A stretch of DNA of 64,000 nucleotides from Clostridia bacterium (GTDB lineage: Bacteria; Bacillota; Clostridia; Oscillospirales; CAG-272), in NCBI GenBank assembly GCA_024405755.1, contig JAKSOD010000002.1, forward strand, positions 83,203 through 147,202. Reading direction: 5' to 3'. Position 1 is the first letter of the stretch. The number at the start of each line of letters is the position of its first letter. Positions 1-8,990 of the stretch are shown one piece after another. Made by a program: the position numbers and the translations under genes. The notes beneath the pieces are model-generated. The model worked only from the letters and a program-made list of their open reading frames with translations, did no database searches and had not been told where the DNA came from.

Positions 1-488
1 CTTCCGCTCCCGATTATGACAGCCGCCATATCATAACGGGAATTGCAGGAAAAAAAGGATTCTCAGTCGTCACCATTGAACATGATATGATGAACTCCGA
101 AATCGGATTCGGCCGCCGCGTGCTTGAAGTTTTCGAGGATTTCGGTATTTCCTTTGAGCATCTTCCCTCCGGTATCGACACAATGAGCGTTATCATTTCA
201 ACTTCGGAACTTGATCCTCACCGCGAGCGCGTACTCACCGCACTTAAACGCAGCCTTCGTCCCGACAGCATCACCATTGAGGACGGACTTGCCCTTCTCG
301 CTGTCGTGGGACGCGGTATGGTCAAGGCAAAGGGTACCGCTGCGCGTGTTTTCAAGGCGGTTTCCGACGCAGGAGTCAACATACGCATGATCGACCAGGG
401 ATCATGCGAACTCAACATTATTCTCGGAGTTGACGAACACGATTTCGAGACTACAATGAAAGCGATCTACAACGAGTTTGTCAAGTAA
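1..488 (+). CDS. aspartate kinase, C-terminal regulatory (ACT) fragment; 5' end lies outside the window
   Basis: The frame is open from the window edge (SAPDYDSRHIITGIAGKKGFSVVTIEHDMMNSEIGFGRRVLEVFEDFGISFEHLPSGIDTMS...). The tandem ACT-like pattern is typical of the aspartokinase C-terminus. Stop at 486-488. Confidence 0.85.
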   Translation, partial: SAPDYDSRHIITGIAGKKGFSVVTIEHDMMNSEIGFGRRVLEVFEDFGISFEHLPSGIDTMSVIISTSELDPHRERVLTALKRSLRPDSITIEDGLALLAVVGRGMVKAKGTAARVFKAVSDAGVNIRMIDQGSCELNIILGVDEHDFETTMKAIYNEFVK

Positions 489-503
489 TCAGAATAAATA
501 TCA

Positions 504-539
504 AAATGGGCCGTGAAAAGCATCTTTCACAGCCCATTT
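504..539. terminator. hairpin between convergent genes (likely bidirectional intrinsic terminator)
   Basis: aaatgggccgtgaaaag / ctttcacagcccattt form a ~15-bp stem with one mismatch. A/T runs flank both sides. It lies between the aspartokinase stop and the HIT gene stop. Confidence 0.65.
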
Positions 540-581
540 CAAAATCAGCGGCTCGCACCGTTCGTTTTAAATGTGTTTGAT

Positions 582-920
582 TTATGCCATTTTTTCCGCC
601 ATCTGCGTGCCGCCGAGCAGATGAAAATGCAGATGCTTCACAGACTGACAGGCATCCTCTCCGCAGTTGGTGATGACACGGTATCCGCTCGTTAATCCCT
701 CAGAAGCCGCGATTTTCGGAATAACCTCGAAAATGCGTGCGACGTATGCGCTGTTCTCAGACGTGATCCCGTCTGCAGACGCAATATGTTTTTTCGGCAC
801 GAAAAGAATATGAACGGGAGTCTGAGGCGCGATATCGCGGAAAGCGTATATCATATCGTCCTCATATACTTTCGCAGACGGGATCTCTCCGGCTATTATT
901 TTACAGAAAAGGCAGTCCAT
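582..920 (-). CDS. HIT (histidine triad) family protein, HinT-like
   Basis: 112-aa ORF with the histidine-triad motif HLHFHLLGG and an N-terminus MDCLFCKIIAGEIP typical of HinT-type nucleotide hydrolases. Confidence 0.9.
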   Translation of the reverse strand: MDCLFCKIIAGEIPSAKVYEDDMIYAFRDIAPQTPVHILFVPKKHIASADGITSENSAYVARIFEVIPKIAASEGLTSGYRVITNCGEDACQSVKHLHFHLLGGTQMAEKMA

Positions 921-986
921 TAAGGTATTCTCCTTTAAAACTTTTATTATACAAAAATTATACCACCGTCAAGGACGAAAATCAAT

Positions 987-1811
987 ATGTCAGATCAGTT
1001 TTTTTCGGGTGAGAAAATTTTCGACGCCCATACTCACATATATCCGTCACGGATTGCAGGCGCAGCCGTGGACAATCTGGAAAAATTTTATGATTTCAAA
1101 GTAGAGGGAAACGGTACCGCCGAGGAACTTCGCCGTATTTCTGCGGAAAACGGAGTTGTGGGTTGCTTGCTTCTCGCGGTCGCCACAAATGCTCATCAAG
1201 TGCGCCGTGTCAACGAATATGTTGCCGCAGAAGCGGAATTATCCCGTGCATCGGGACGCGAGACACTCGCGTTCGGCGGATTTCATCAGGATACTACCGA
1301 TCCGGAAGGCGATTTTACCCACGCACTCGGTCTTGGTATCCGCGGTTTTAAAATCCACCCCGACATTCAGGGTGTGAACATTGATGACGAAAAACTTTTT
1401 CCATTATACCGTATGTGCCGCGATGCAGGTCTGCCCGTGCATTTTCACATGGGTGACTGCCGTCCGCAGTACCGCTTTTCAGAAGCTCACCGTCTGCTTC
1501 ACATACTTGATAAATTTCCCGGTCTGCGTGTAAACGCCGCCCACTTCGGAGCCTATTCCGTGTGGGACAGTGCAAGTATCCTTGCAGGTCACCCCGACAT
1601 CTGGTTTGACACATCAAGTTCACTTTGGGCACTTTCTCCGGAACGTGCTTCTGAACTCATTCATCTTCTCGGAACGGACAGGTGTATGTTCGGCACCGAT
1701 TATCCCGTAAAAACCGCTGATACTGAACTCAGACGTCTTTCCCTGCTCGATCTGACTGCCGATGAACGCCGTGCCGTTCTTTACGGTAATGCCGCAAATT
1801 TTTTGGGGTAA
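987..1811 (+). CDS. amidohydrolase-family metal-dependent hydrolase (TIM barrel), substrate unknown
   Basis: 274-aa ORF. The FDAHTHIYP and VHFHMGD metal-ligand-like motifs and a C-terminal FGTDYP resemble amidohydrolase-2 family proteins. Confidence 0.75.
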   Translation: MSDQFFSGEKIFDAHTHIYPSRIAGAAVDNLEKFYDFKVEGNGTAEELRRISAENGVVGCLLLAVATNAHQVRRVNEYVAAEAELSRASGRETLAFGGFHQDTTDPEGDFTHALGLGIRGFKIHPDIQGVNIDDEKLFPLYRMCRDAGLPVHFHMGDCRPQYRFSEAHRLLHILDKFPGLRVNAAHFGAYSVWDSASILAGHPDIWFDTSSSLWALSPERASELIHLLGTDRCMFGTDYPVKTADTELRRLSLLDLTADERRAVLYGNAANFLG

Positions 1812-1834
1812 GTCTGTTTTTTTACAGATTTCTC

Positions 1835-1863
1835 TTTACATAAGTTTGTTTCGGTGTTATAAT
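1835..1863 (+). promoter_or_regulatory. sigma-A-type promoter for the small membrane protein gene
   Basis: TTTACA (1835-1840), 17-nt spacer, TATAAT (1858-1863), with TGt directly upstream of the -10. About 30 nt upstream of the GGAGG RBS and ATG 1893. Confidence 0.7.
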
Positions 1864-1892
1864 ATATTTATCTCACCATAGGAGGTTAAATT

Positions 1893-2132
1893 ATGGATCT
1901 AATCAGAAAAATCTGGCCGACTACTTTCAACGTAAAGAAAGGCGATATCGTTTCCCTTATCATTCAAATTGTGATCCTTCTCGTTATCTGCGCAGTTGCT
2001 TCATGGCTTATCGGCGTTCTTGCCTCAATTCCCGTTCTTGGGATCATTTTCGGACTTCTCGCAGGTCTTATTGACATTTACAGTCTTGTCGGTATTATTC
2101 TCTGCATACTCAATTTTTTCGGGAAACTCTGA
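1893..2132 (+). CDS. small hypothetical membrane protein (two predicted TM helices)
   Basis: 79-aa ORF with a GGAGG RBS 7 nt upstream. It has two long hydrophobic segments (IVSLIIQIVILLVICAVASWLIGVLA and GIIFGLLAGLIDIYSLVGIILCIL) and its own promoter and terminator. Confidence 0.65.
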   Translation: MDLIRKIWPTTFNVKKGDIVSLIIQIVILLVICAVASWLIGVLASIPVLGIIFGLLAGLIDIYSLVGIILCILNFFGKL

Positions 2133-2144
2133 AAAAACACTTTT

Positions 2145-2190
2145 AAGAACAATACCGGCGTCGCCATTAGGCGACGCCGGTATTGTTCTT
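2145..2190. terminator. bidirectional intrinsic terminator
   Basis: Perfect 21-bp stem aagaacaataccggcgtcgcc / ggcgacgccggtattgttctt with loop atta. It lies between the convergent membrane-protein and rpsU genes. Confidence 0.85.
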
Positions 2191-2207
2191 AAACAAGAAT
2201 AGACCAA

Positions 2208-2384
2208 TTACTTGTATTTGCGTTTTCTGGCTGCTTCGGATTTCTTCTTACGCTTTACGCTAGGCTTTTCGTAATGCTCTCTCTTGCGAAGCTCAGTAAG
2301 GACGCCGGAGCGTGCGCACTGTCTTTTGAAGCGACGGAGAGCGCTGTCAAGCGATTCGCCTTCTCTGACTTTAACTTCTGCCAT
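2208..2384 (-). CDS. rpsU: 30S ribosomal protein S21 (bS21)
   Basis: 58-aa product [70 protein letters not shown] precedes ATG 2384, so the internal ATG is preferred over the ORF-track start at 2438. Confidence 0.95.
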   Translation of the reverse strand: MAEVKVREGESLDSALRRFKRQCARSGVLTELRKREHYEKPSVKRKKKSEAARKRKYK

Positions 2385-2429
2385 TCTTTTTCCCTCCCCT
2401 CGCCGGTTCGCAAAATGATTAACAAGGGT

Positions 2430-2458
2430 ATTATACAATAATTTTTTCCTCTTGTCAA
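2430..2458 (-). promoter_or_regulatory. sigma-A-type promoter for rpsU
   Basis: On the minus strand: TTGACA (2458-2453), 17-nt spacer, TATAAT (2435-2430). Consensus hexamers. Confidence 0.75.
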
Positions 2459-2504
2459 TACATTTTTAGATTTTTTTGGATTTATCTTTCCAAAAGCGGA
2501 TTTT

Positions 2505-4919
2505 TTATTTTACGACAATATTTACGATCTTATTTGGGACTGCGATCTCTTTGATCACAGTTTTGCCCTCAATGAAGGGTATCACACGGACGTCAGCCTT
2601 GGCAGCGGCAATGGCTTCGTCCTTGGGGCAGTCCTTCGGCAGCATAATGGTACCGCGGAGTTTTCCGTTTATCTGTACCGCCACCTCAACGGTGTGATCC
2701 ACGGTCTTTGCCTCATCATATGTGGGCCATTCGGAAACGCAGAGCATGGTTTTATTGCCGAGTTTCTCGTTTATCTCCTCGCAGATATGAGGAGCCACGG
2801 GACAAAGAAGTTTTATGAAAGTCACCAGTTCATCTTCAGTGAGATGTCCGACCTCAAAAATATCGTTGATAAGACCCATCATTGCGGCAATAGCCGTATT
2901 GAACTTCATTGCCTCGTAGTCTTCGCTGACCTTTTTTACGGTCTTGTGGAAGGCTGTTTCAAGTTCGGGAGTTACGCCTTTGCCCTTGGCAATGGAAAAC
3001 AGATCGTCAACACGTTCAAGGAATCTCTTGCACCCGCGCACACTGCTGTCGGACCACGGTGCCGCAGAGGCATAATCGCCCATAAAGAGCGTGTAGGTGC
3101 GCAGAACGTCTGCACCGTATTCATCAACAACATCGTTGGGATCAACTACGTTGCCCTTGGACTTACTCATCTTCTCTCCGTCGGGACCGAGGATAAGTCC
3201 CTGAGCGGTGCGCTTTGCATAAGGCTCGGATGTGGGAACAAGTCCGAGATCATAGAGGAACTTATGCCAGAAGCGTGAGTAGATCATATGTCTCGTTACG
3301 TGTTCCATTCCTCCGTTGTACCAGTCAACGGGCAGCCAATAGGCAAGTTTTTCGGGATCGGCAAAGCACTTGTCATTATGAGGATCAATGTAACGCAGGA
3401 AATACCATGAAGAACCTGCCCACTGAGGCATGGTATCGGTTTCTCTTCTGGCATCACCCCCGCACTTCGGGCACTTGCAGTTTACGTATGACTCAATGCG
3501 TGCAAGAGGAGATTCTCCGCCCTGACCGGGAGCAAATTCCTTCATTTCGGGCAGGCGCAGAGGCAGTTCCTCGTACGGAACGGGCACCATACCGCAGTGA
3601 GGACAATGTATGATCGGAATAGGCTCGCCCCAGTAACGCTGACGGTTGAACGCCCAGTCCTTCATCTTGAACTGCACGCCGCCCTCACCAACGCCGAGAC
3701 GTTTGAGTTCCTCAACGGCACGGCGGATAGAATCTTTCTTATTGGTATAACCGTTGAGGAATCCGGAATTCACCATTTCTCCGTCACCGGTGTATGCTTC
3801 AACGGTCACGTCGCCGCCCTTGATAACTTCAATGACGTCAATCCCGAATTTATGTGCAAAGTCCCAGTCACGTTGATCGTGTGCGGGAACTGCCATGATC
3901 GCGCCGGTACCGTAACCCATCATTACGTAATCCGCAAGGAAAATCGGGATCTCGCGCCCGTTTATTGGGTTGACCGCGGTCAGTCCTTCAAGCTTTACGC
4001 CGGTTTTTTCCTTGACGAGCTGTGTGCGTTCAAACTCCGTCTTCTTGGCACACTCGGCACGGTAGGCAAGCACGGCATCCATATTTGAAATGGAATCGGC
4101 GTACTTATCAATAAGAGGATGTTCCGGTGCCATAACCATAAATGTTACGCCGAACAGAGTGTCGGGACGTGTAGTGTAAATGCGGAGCTTTTCATCTTTT
4201 CCGGCAAGGCTGAAATTGACAAAAGCTCCCTCCGACCTGCCGATCCAGTTGACCTGCTGCTGCTTGACCTGAGGCAGATAATCAACACCTTCAAGTCCGT
4301 TCAGCAGTTTATCGGCATACTCTGTGATGCGCAGATACCACACATCTTTTGACTTCTGTACTATATCACTGTGACAGATATCGCATTTGCCGCCCTGAGA
4401 GTCTTCATTTGAGAGAACCACCTTGCAGGAAGGGCAATAGTTAACAAGAGCGGCATCGCGGAAAGCAAGTCCCTTCTCGAACATTTTCAGAAAAATCCAC
4501 TGAGTCCAGCGATAGTAATCTTCCTCGGTCGTATCAACGACGCGGCTCCAATCAAAAGAAAATCCAACGCGGCGGAGCTGTCCCGTGAATTTTTCAATAT
4601 TCTTATCCGTAACGGCGCGCGGGTGCATACCGGTCTTTATTGCATAGTTTTCAGTTGGCAGTCCGAATGCATCAAAACCCATAGGGAACATTACATTGTA
4701 CCCTTCCATACGGCGTTTGCGGGATATGACTTCAAGTCCCGAATAAGCCTTGATGTGTCCCACGTGCATTCCGGCTCCGCTTGGGTAGGGAAACTCAACC
4801 AGAGCATAGAATTTTTTCTTTTCGGATCCCGGTTCCCCCGGATCTTTGGCACGGAATACACCGGATTCGTCCCAACGGTCCTGCCATTTCTTTTCGATCT
4901 TTGAAAAATCGTATTTCAT
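2505..4919 (-). CDS. leuS: leucine--tRNA ligase
   Basis: 804 aa with class I HIGH-type motif (PYPSGAGMHVGH), KMSKS motif (GEKMSKSKGN), and a CP1 editing-domain-length insertion. Colinear LeuS-like sequence throughout. Confidence 0.97.
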   Translation of the reverse strand: MKYDFSKIEKKWQDRWDESGVFRAKDPGEPGSEKKKFYALVEFPYPSGAGMHVGHIKAYSGLEVISRKRRMEGYNVMFPMGFDAFGLPTENYAIKTGMHPRAVTDKNIEKFTGQLRRVGFSFDWSRVVDTTEEDYYRWTQWIFLKMFEKGLAFRDAALVNYCPSCKVVLSNEDSQGGKCDICHSDIVQKSKDVWYLRITEYADKLLNGLEGVDYLPQVKQQQVNWIGRSEGAFVNFSLAGKDEKLRIYTTRPDTLFGVTFMVMAPEHPLIDKYADSISNMDAVLAYRAECAKKTEFERTQLVKEKTGVKLEGLTAVNPINGREIPIFLADYVMMGYGTGAIMAVPAHDQRDWDFAHKFGIDVIEVIKGGDVTVEAYTGDGEMVNSGFLNGYTNKKDSIRRAVEELKRLGVGEGGVQFKMKDWAFNRQRYWGEPIPIIHCPHCGMVPVPYEELPLRLPEMKEFAPGQGGESPLARIESYVNCKCPKCGGDARRETDTMPQWAGSSWYFLRYIDPHNDKCFADPEKLAYWLPVDWYNGGMEHVTRHMIYSRFWHKFLYDLGLVPTSEPYAKRTAQGLILGPDGEKMSKSKGNVVDPNDVVDEYGADVLRTYTLFMGDYASAAPWSDSSVRGCKRFLERVDDLFSIAKGKGVTPELETAFHKTVKKVSEDYEAMKFNTAIAAMMGLINDIFEVGHLTEDELVTFIKLLCPVAPHICEEINEKLGNKTMLCVSEWPTYDEAKTVDHTVEVAVQINGKLRGTIMLPKDCPKDEAIAAAKADVRVIPFIEGKTVIKEIAVPNKIVNIVVK

Positions 4920-4961
4920 TTTTTCTCTCCTGAATCGGACTTTATTTTTTCGTTTTTTTCG

Positions 4962-5408
4962 TTATTCTGCATCTTCTGCGTCGTTCTTTTTATCTTCAAA
5001 AATGACTTTCGCTGCATCGGAATACAGTTTATCAAGATTGTAGAATGCCCGTGCATCACGGCTGAAAATGTGTACAAGCACATTGCCGTAGTCAACAACC
5101 ATCCACGAATTTCCCTCTCCTCTTCCCTCGGAGCGGTCCGGTTTTACGCCGCAGAGTCCGAGGCGGTATTCGACCTCATCGGTAAGCGCACGGACGTGAG
5201 TGGTAGATTTTGCGGTGCAAAGCACGAAATAGTCCGCCATATCTATCTTTTCTCCCACGTGAATCACGGAAATGTCCATTCCGCTGCGGCGGTCGAGTAT
5301 CTCGCGGATACCTCTGGCAAGAGATTCCGGAACGGGGATCCCGTTTTCATCAAGTTCAAGATCCGGTCTGAATTCCTCGTTTTCGGTTCCAATTTTTTTA
5401 TCTTCCAT
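4962..5408 (-). CDS. rsfS: ribosome silencing factor RsfS (iojap family)
   Basis: 148 aa. The core DISVIHVGEKIDMADYFVLCTAKSTTHVRAL...WMVVDYGNVLVHIF is typical of RsfS. It is located after nadD-yqeK, as in Firmicutes. Confidence 0.92.
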   Translation of the reverse strand: MEDKKIGTENEEFRPDLELDENGIPVPESLARGIREILDRRSGMDISVIHVGEKIDMADYFVLCTAKSTTHVRALTDEVEYRLGLCGVKPDRSEGRGEGNSWMVVDYGNVLVHIFSRDARAFYNLDKLYSDAAKVIFEDKKNDAEDAE

Positions 5409-5449
5409 TTTTATTCCTTCCGCGGCGTGTGCCGCAAGTAGTTTTTTCG

Positions 5450-6772
5450 TTAGTTTTCTTTATTAATCTGCGTTTCTGATTCTTTTACGTCAGGCGAGGC
5501 ATCTTCTCCGCTCACAGTCTCGGGAGTCAGCGGCGCGTAGGTGTAAATACGCTCAAAATCTTCGTCACCTATGCGCACAAAACTGCGTTCGGAATCAAAA
5601 ATTTCGTCTGAAATATTCTTATTATACACATTCAGATAATCATTTACTGTTTTTCGCATTGCCGAACGACTAAGAACAAAATACGATCCTCCGATTGAAG
5701 CAGGAGACACAGCCCGTCCCGGAGCTGTCATCATTGTGAGTCCTTCCGCACCTCCGCCGCGCAGCACCTTTGCGGCAAAATACACGCAGTCCTCCGCGGA
5801 CAGATCCGTGTCGACCATAGGAAGTATCTTTCCGATAAGATCCTCAGCCAAAGACAGAGACACATTCCCTCGTATCTGTCTGAGCAAAGCCGCCATGAAT
5901 TGCTTCTGAGCATTTACTCGTCCGAGATCCCCCATGGCATACCCGGATCTGTACCTTACAAACTGCTGCGCATGGTCCCCGTCGAGTATCTGCATTCCGG
6001 CTTTGAGATCAATAATCAGATTCTGTTCCGGATCGCTGTACTTCATATCGAACGGAATATCCATAGGTACTCCGCCCACGGCGTCGACGGCATATGTCAG
6101 TGCTTCAAGGTAAACCACGGCGTAATAATCAATATTGATACAGAGCGTGCGTTCAAGCAGATCTCTCATGCCGGTTATTCCGTGAGAAGCATAGGTGCTG
6201 TTGAGTTTACGCCCGCTGCCGCCGATTTCCACATAAGTGTCCCGCGGCAACTGCACGACAGAGATTTCTCCGCTGTCCGTGTCGAAATCCACAATCATTA
6301 TTGTATCCGATAGTCCCGCAACACGGTCTATTCCGACAACTAAAAAATTGTATTTATGCTCGTTACGGATATATTTTTCCGTCTTTTGCGTTTCAGTACC
6401 GTCGGTCTGAATCTTGCTGTCGGTCGCATCCCCGGCATCTGTCACGGGAGTGTCGGTGTCCGTAGGAAACGGAATATCTGTATCGGTCGAAGGACGGTAA
6501 TCCGCAGTCCTTACAATAAGAGCGGCGGCAAGTCCCGCAGCGATCAGCAGCACAGTGAGCATCACGGCGGCAAAAGTTCTGCTGAACTTCGTTTCCCTCG
6601 GATCCCTCGTCATTTTACCGTCGATATCTCCGTAAACTTCATCACCCTCGCCGTCTGACGATCTCGGTTTTGCACTATCTTCTGTTTTTGTCTCTGCGGC
6701 ACCTTTGGATTCTTCTTTGAATTCTTTTTTTGATTCTTGTTTTGCTTCTTCGCGGCTGTTTTCGTCGTTCAT
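5450..6772 (-). CDS. LytR-CpsA-Psr (LCP) family cell-envelope glycopolymer transferase
   Basis: 440 aa with an acidic N-terminal tail, one TM helix (FAAVMLTVLLIAAGLAAALIV) and the LCP core NFLVVGIDR...LSDTIMIVDFD...VQLPRDTYV. Confidence 0.88.
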   Translation of the reverse strand: MNDENSREEAKQESKKEFKEESKGAAETKTEDSAKPRSSDGEGDEVYGDIDGKMTRDPRETKFSRTFAAVMLTVLLIAAGLAAALIVRTADYRPSTDTDIPFPTDTDTPVTDAGDATDSKIQTDGTETQKTEKYIRNEHKYNFLVVGIDRVAGLSDTIMIVDFDTDSGEISVVQLPRDTYVEIGGSGRKLNSTYASHGITGMRDLLERTLCINIDYYAVVYLEALTYAVDAVGGVPMDIPFDMKYSDPEQNLIIDLKAGMQILDGDHAQQFVRYRSGYAMGDLGRVNAQKQFMAALLRQIRGNVSLSLAEDLIGKILPMVDTDLSAEDCVYFAAKVLRGGGAEGLTMMTAPGRAVSPASIGGSYFVLSRSAMRKTVNDYLNVYNKNISDEIFDSERSFVRIGDEDFERIYTYAPLTPETVSGEDASPDVKESETQINKEN

Positions 6773-6785
6773 GGCATTTTTAAGC

Positions 6786-7436
6786 TCAATCCGAAACCTT
6801 CGGCGCAGACATTATCAGTTCGTTGCGAGCCGACATGGTGTCGGGATGTACGGGAAGTCCGTCTTCAAGCAATCCCCGTATCGTCACGTCGTATGATTCA
6901 ATAAGAACGCGCCGTAGGTGTTCCGACAGATCTTCGGGTGTCATTTTTTCCGGATCCGCTCCCCAGAACATCTCACGCAGGCGAACACATTCGGGGAATT
7001 CACGGCTTTCATCAATATAATCTGCAAGATAAATGATCTTCTCCGTCAACGTCATCTCCGCTCTTCCCGTGGTATGCCAGCGAACAGCGGATATGACCGC
7101 GTCGTAGGCAAATTCCGGATATCTGAGCGGGATCAATGCCGCGGCACTCATGGCGTGAAGTGTCTTCGGCGCGGCGATTTCAAGTGATGTCGGCAGTTTC
7201 CCGACCGTCACGAGCACCTTTACGTGATCCGCGGTGGAGTATTCTTTCGTAATATCATGAAGAAGTGCCGCAGCACGGAGGATCTTTTCATTTTCTTCCC
7301 CGGGGCACAGCACTTTTCCCAGGCGCACAGCCATTTTTTCCACTTCGAGAACATGGCGCAGACGCTTCGGGGAGAGCATTGACGGGAGTTTTTCCCTAAA
7401 ACCGTCAAGTTGTTCGTTCGTTATCGAAATTTTCAA
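6786..7436 (-). CDS. yqeK: HD-domain bis(5'-nucleosyl)-tetraphosphatase YqeK
   Basis: 216 aa with HD motif LLHDITKE. It sits immediately downstream of nadD (3-nt gap), matching the conserved Firmicute nadD-yqeK pair. Confidence 0.88.
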   Translation of the reverse strand: MKISITNEQLDGFREKLPSMLSPKRLRHVLEVEKMAVRLGKVLCPGEENEKILRAAALLHDITKEYSTADHVKVLVTVGKLPTSLEIAAPKTLHAMSAAALIPLRYPEFAYDAVISAVRWHTTGRAEMTLTEKIIYLADYIDESREFPECVRLREMFWGADPEKMTPEDLSEHLRRVLIESYDVTIRGLLEDGLPVHPDTMSARNELIMSAPKVSD

Positions 7437-7438
7437 AA

Positions 7439-8056
7439 TTACGCTCCGTAAAGATGATGTTCCGCAATATACGCGGCGACCTCCGGCGTCACCATTTTTG
7501 CAAGATCATCTCCCGCTGCGGCGGCACGCCGTACATCCGTCGAAGAGATCTCTATTGGGTCGGTGACCACTCTCCGTACGATCGCGTTGTACTTCACGGT
7601 ATATTCGTTTATTTTTTTGAGTATCTGCCCGCTGATGATCGGATCGTTCTCACGTCTTATATAAATGGGATAGCACATACGGAATATTTCCTCGGCACAG
7701 TACCATTTATCAAGTGTAAGTATCATATCAGTTCCGCAGAGCAGAAAAAGTCTGGCATCGGACGCGGTAAGTTCACGCAGGGTATCCACGGTATAACTCT
7801 TTCCGTCACGGCGCAGTTCCGTATCGCTGACAACGGCTCCCGGTATCTTTCCGAAGGCGAGTTCGCACATTCGGAGTCTGTCATAAGGATCATCATCAGA
7901 ATCAAGTTCCTTATGCGGCGGGATCGCTGCCGGAATGACGTAAAGATAGTCGAGTTTCATCTGACGGATAAATTGCTCAGCCGCGTTTATATGACCGAGG
8001 TGCGGAGGCCCGAAAGTTCCTCCGTAGATCCCGATACGTCTGATACCGTTTATCAT
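7439..8056 (-). CDS. nadD: nicotinate-nucleotide adenylyltransferase
   Basis: 205 aa with the nucleotidyltransferase motif GIYGGTFGPPHLGH and a C-terminal ISSTDVR motif. Confidence 0.93.
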   Translation of the reverse strand: MINGIRRIGIYGGTFGPPHLGHINAAEQFIRQMKLDYLYVIPAAIPPHKELDSDDDPYDRLRMCELAFGKIPGAVVSDTELRRDGKSYTVDTLRELTASDARLFLLCGTDMILTLDKWYCAEEIFRMCYPIYIRRENDPIISGQILKKINEYTVKYNAIVRRVVTDPIEISSTDVRRAAAAGDDLAKMVTPEVAAYIAEHHLYGA

Positions 8057-8343
8057 AATTCAATATGCTTATGAGTCTCTGACTCGCGGTAAAGAACGAG
8101 TTTGCGCCCGATCGTGCAGATTACGGTCGCTCCCGTTGCCCCGGCAAGTGCCTCAGCAGCGGTACGGGGAGTTTCCTCAGAGTTTTCGAGAACAGATAGT
8201 TTGATAAGTTCCCGCGCTTCAAGAGCATCGGAAACGGTCTTTATCAGATTTTCACCTATTCCTTCTTTTCCGATCTGCATAATAGTCGGCTCAGATGCGG
8301 CGAGTCCGCGCAGATATGCGCGCTGCTTTGAGGTCAGTTTCAT
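8053..8343 (-). CDS. yhbY: YhbY-family (CRM domain) RNA-binding protein
   Basis: MKLTSKQRAYLRGLAASEPTIMQIGKEGIGENLIKTVSDALEARELIKLSV is the YhbY signature. Start set at ATG 8343, which forms an ATGA overlap with the rdgB stop. The ORF-track start at 8361 would lie inside rdgB. Confidence 0.88.
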   Translation of the reverse strand: MKLTSKQRAYLRGLAASEPTIMQIGKEGIGENLIKTVSDALEARELIKLSVLENSEETPRTAAEALAGATGATVICTIGRKLVLYRESETHKHIEL

Positions 8344-8990
8344 AATCCGTATTTTCTCCATAAAAGTTCTTTCTGCACCCGTATCTTCTCGTCAAGAGCA
8401 ATACCGAGTTGTTTTACCGCCTCTCCCCGATGGCTGATGGAATTTTTCTCCGTTTTATCCATTTCGGCAAAGGTCTTGCCGAAGGGATCAAACCAGAACA
8501 AAGGATCGTAACCGAATCCTCCCTCGCCACGCGGACAGCACAGTATCTCACCCACACATTTCCCCGTCACAACAATCGGCTCACCCTGAAGCGGCGCATT
8601 TTCGGGAAAGACACAAGCCATACAGCAGACGAATGCCGCCTCACGGTCGCGTACTCCGTGAAGATTTCGGAGAAGTTTTTCGTTATTCGCGGCATCGTCA
8701 TGTCCTTCTCCCGCGTAACGTGCCGAATATACACCGGGTTCACCGCCGAGGGCCTTGACTTCAAGTCCGGAATCGTCGGCAACGCTGATCAGTCCCGAAA
8801 ACGCTGCTGCGGCTTTGGCTTTGATCAGTGCGTTCTCCTCAAAAGTTGTACCGTTTTCTTCTATCTCGCCTTCAAATCCCACGTCGTCGAGGGAAACGAG
8901 TTCAAGATTTGAAGAGTCAATATAGGCTCCGAGAAGTTCTCGGAGTTCCGCGATCTTTCCCCGGTTGCGTGATGCGATCAGTATTTTCAT
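8340..8990 (-). CDS. rdgB: dITP/XTP pyrophosphatase (Ham1/RdgB family)
   Basis: 216 aa with MKILIASRNRGKIAELRELL, FGYDPLF and SHRG motifs typical of RdgB. Confidence 0.92.
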   Translation of the reverse strand: MKILIASRNRGKIAELRELLGAYIDSSNLELVSLDDVGFEGEIEENGTTFEENALIKAKAAAAFSGLISVADDSGLEVKALGGEPGVYSARYAGEGHDDAANNEKLLRNLHGVRDREAAFVCCMACVFPENAPLQGEPIVVTGKCVGEILCCPRGEGGFGYDPLFWFDPFGKTFAEMDKTEKNSISHRGEAVKQLGIALDEKIRVQKELLWRKYGL

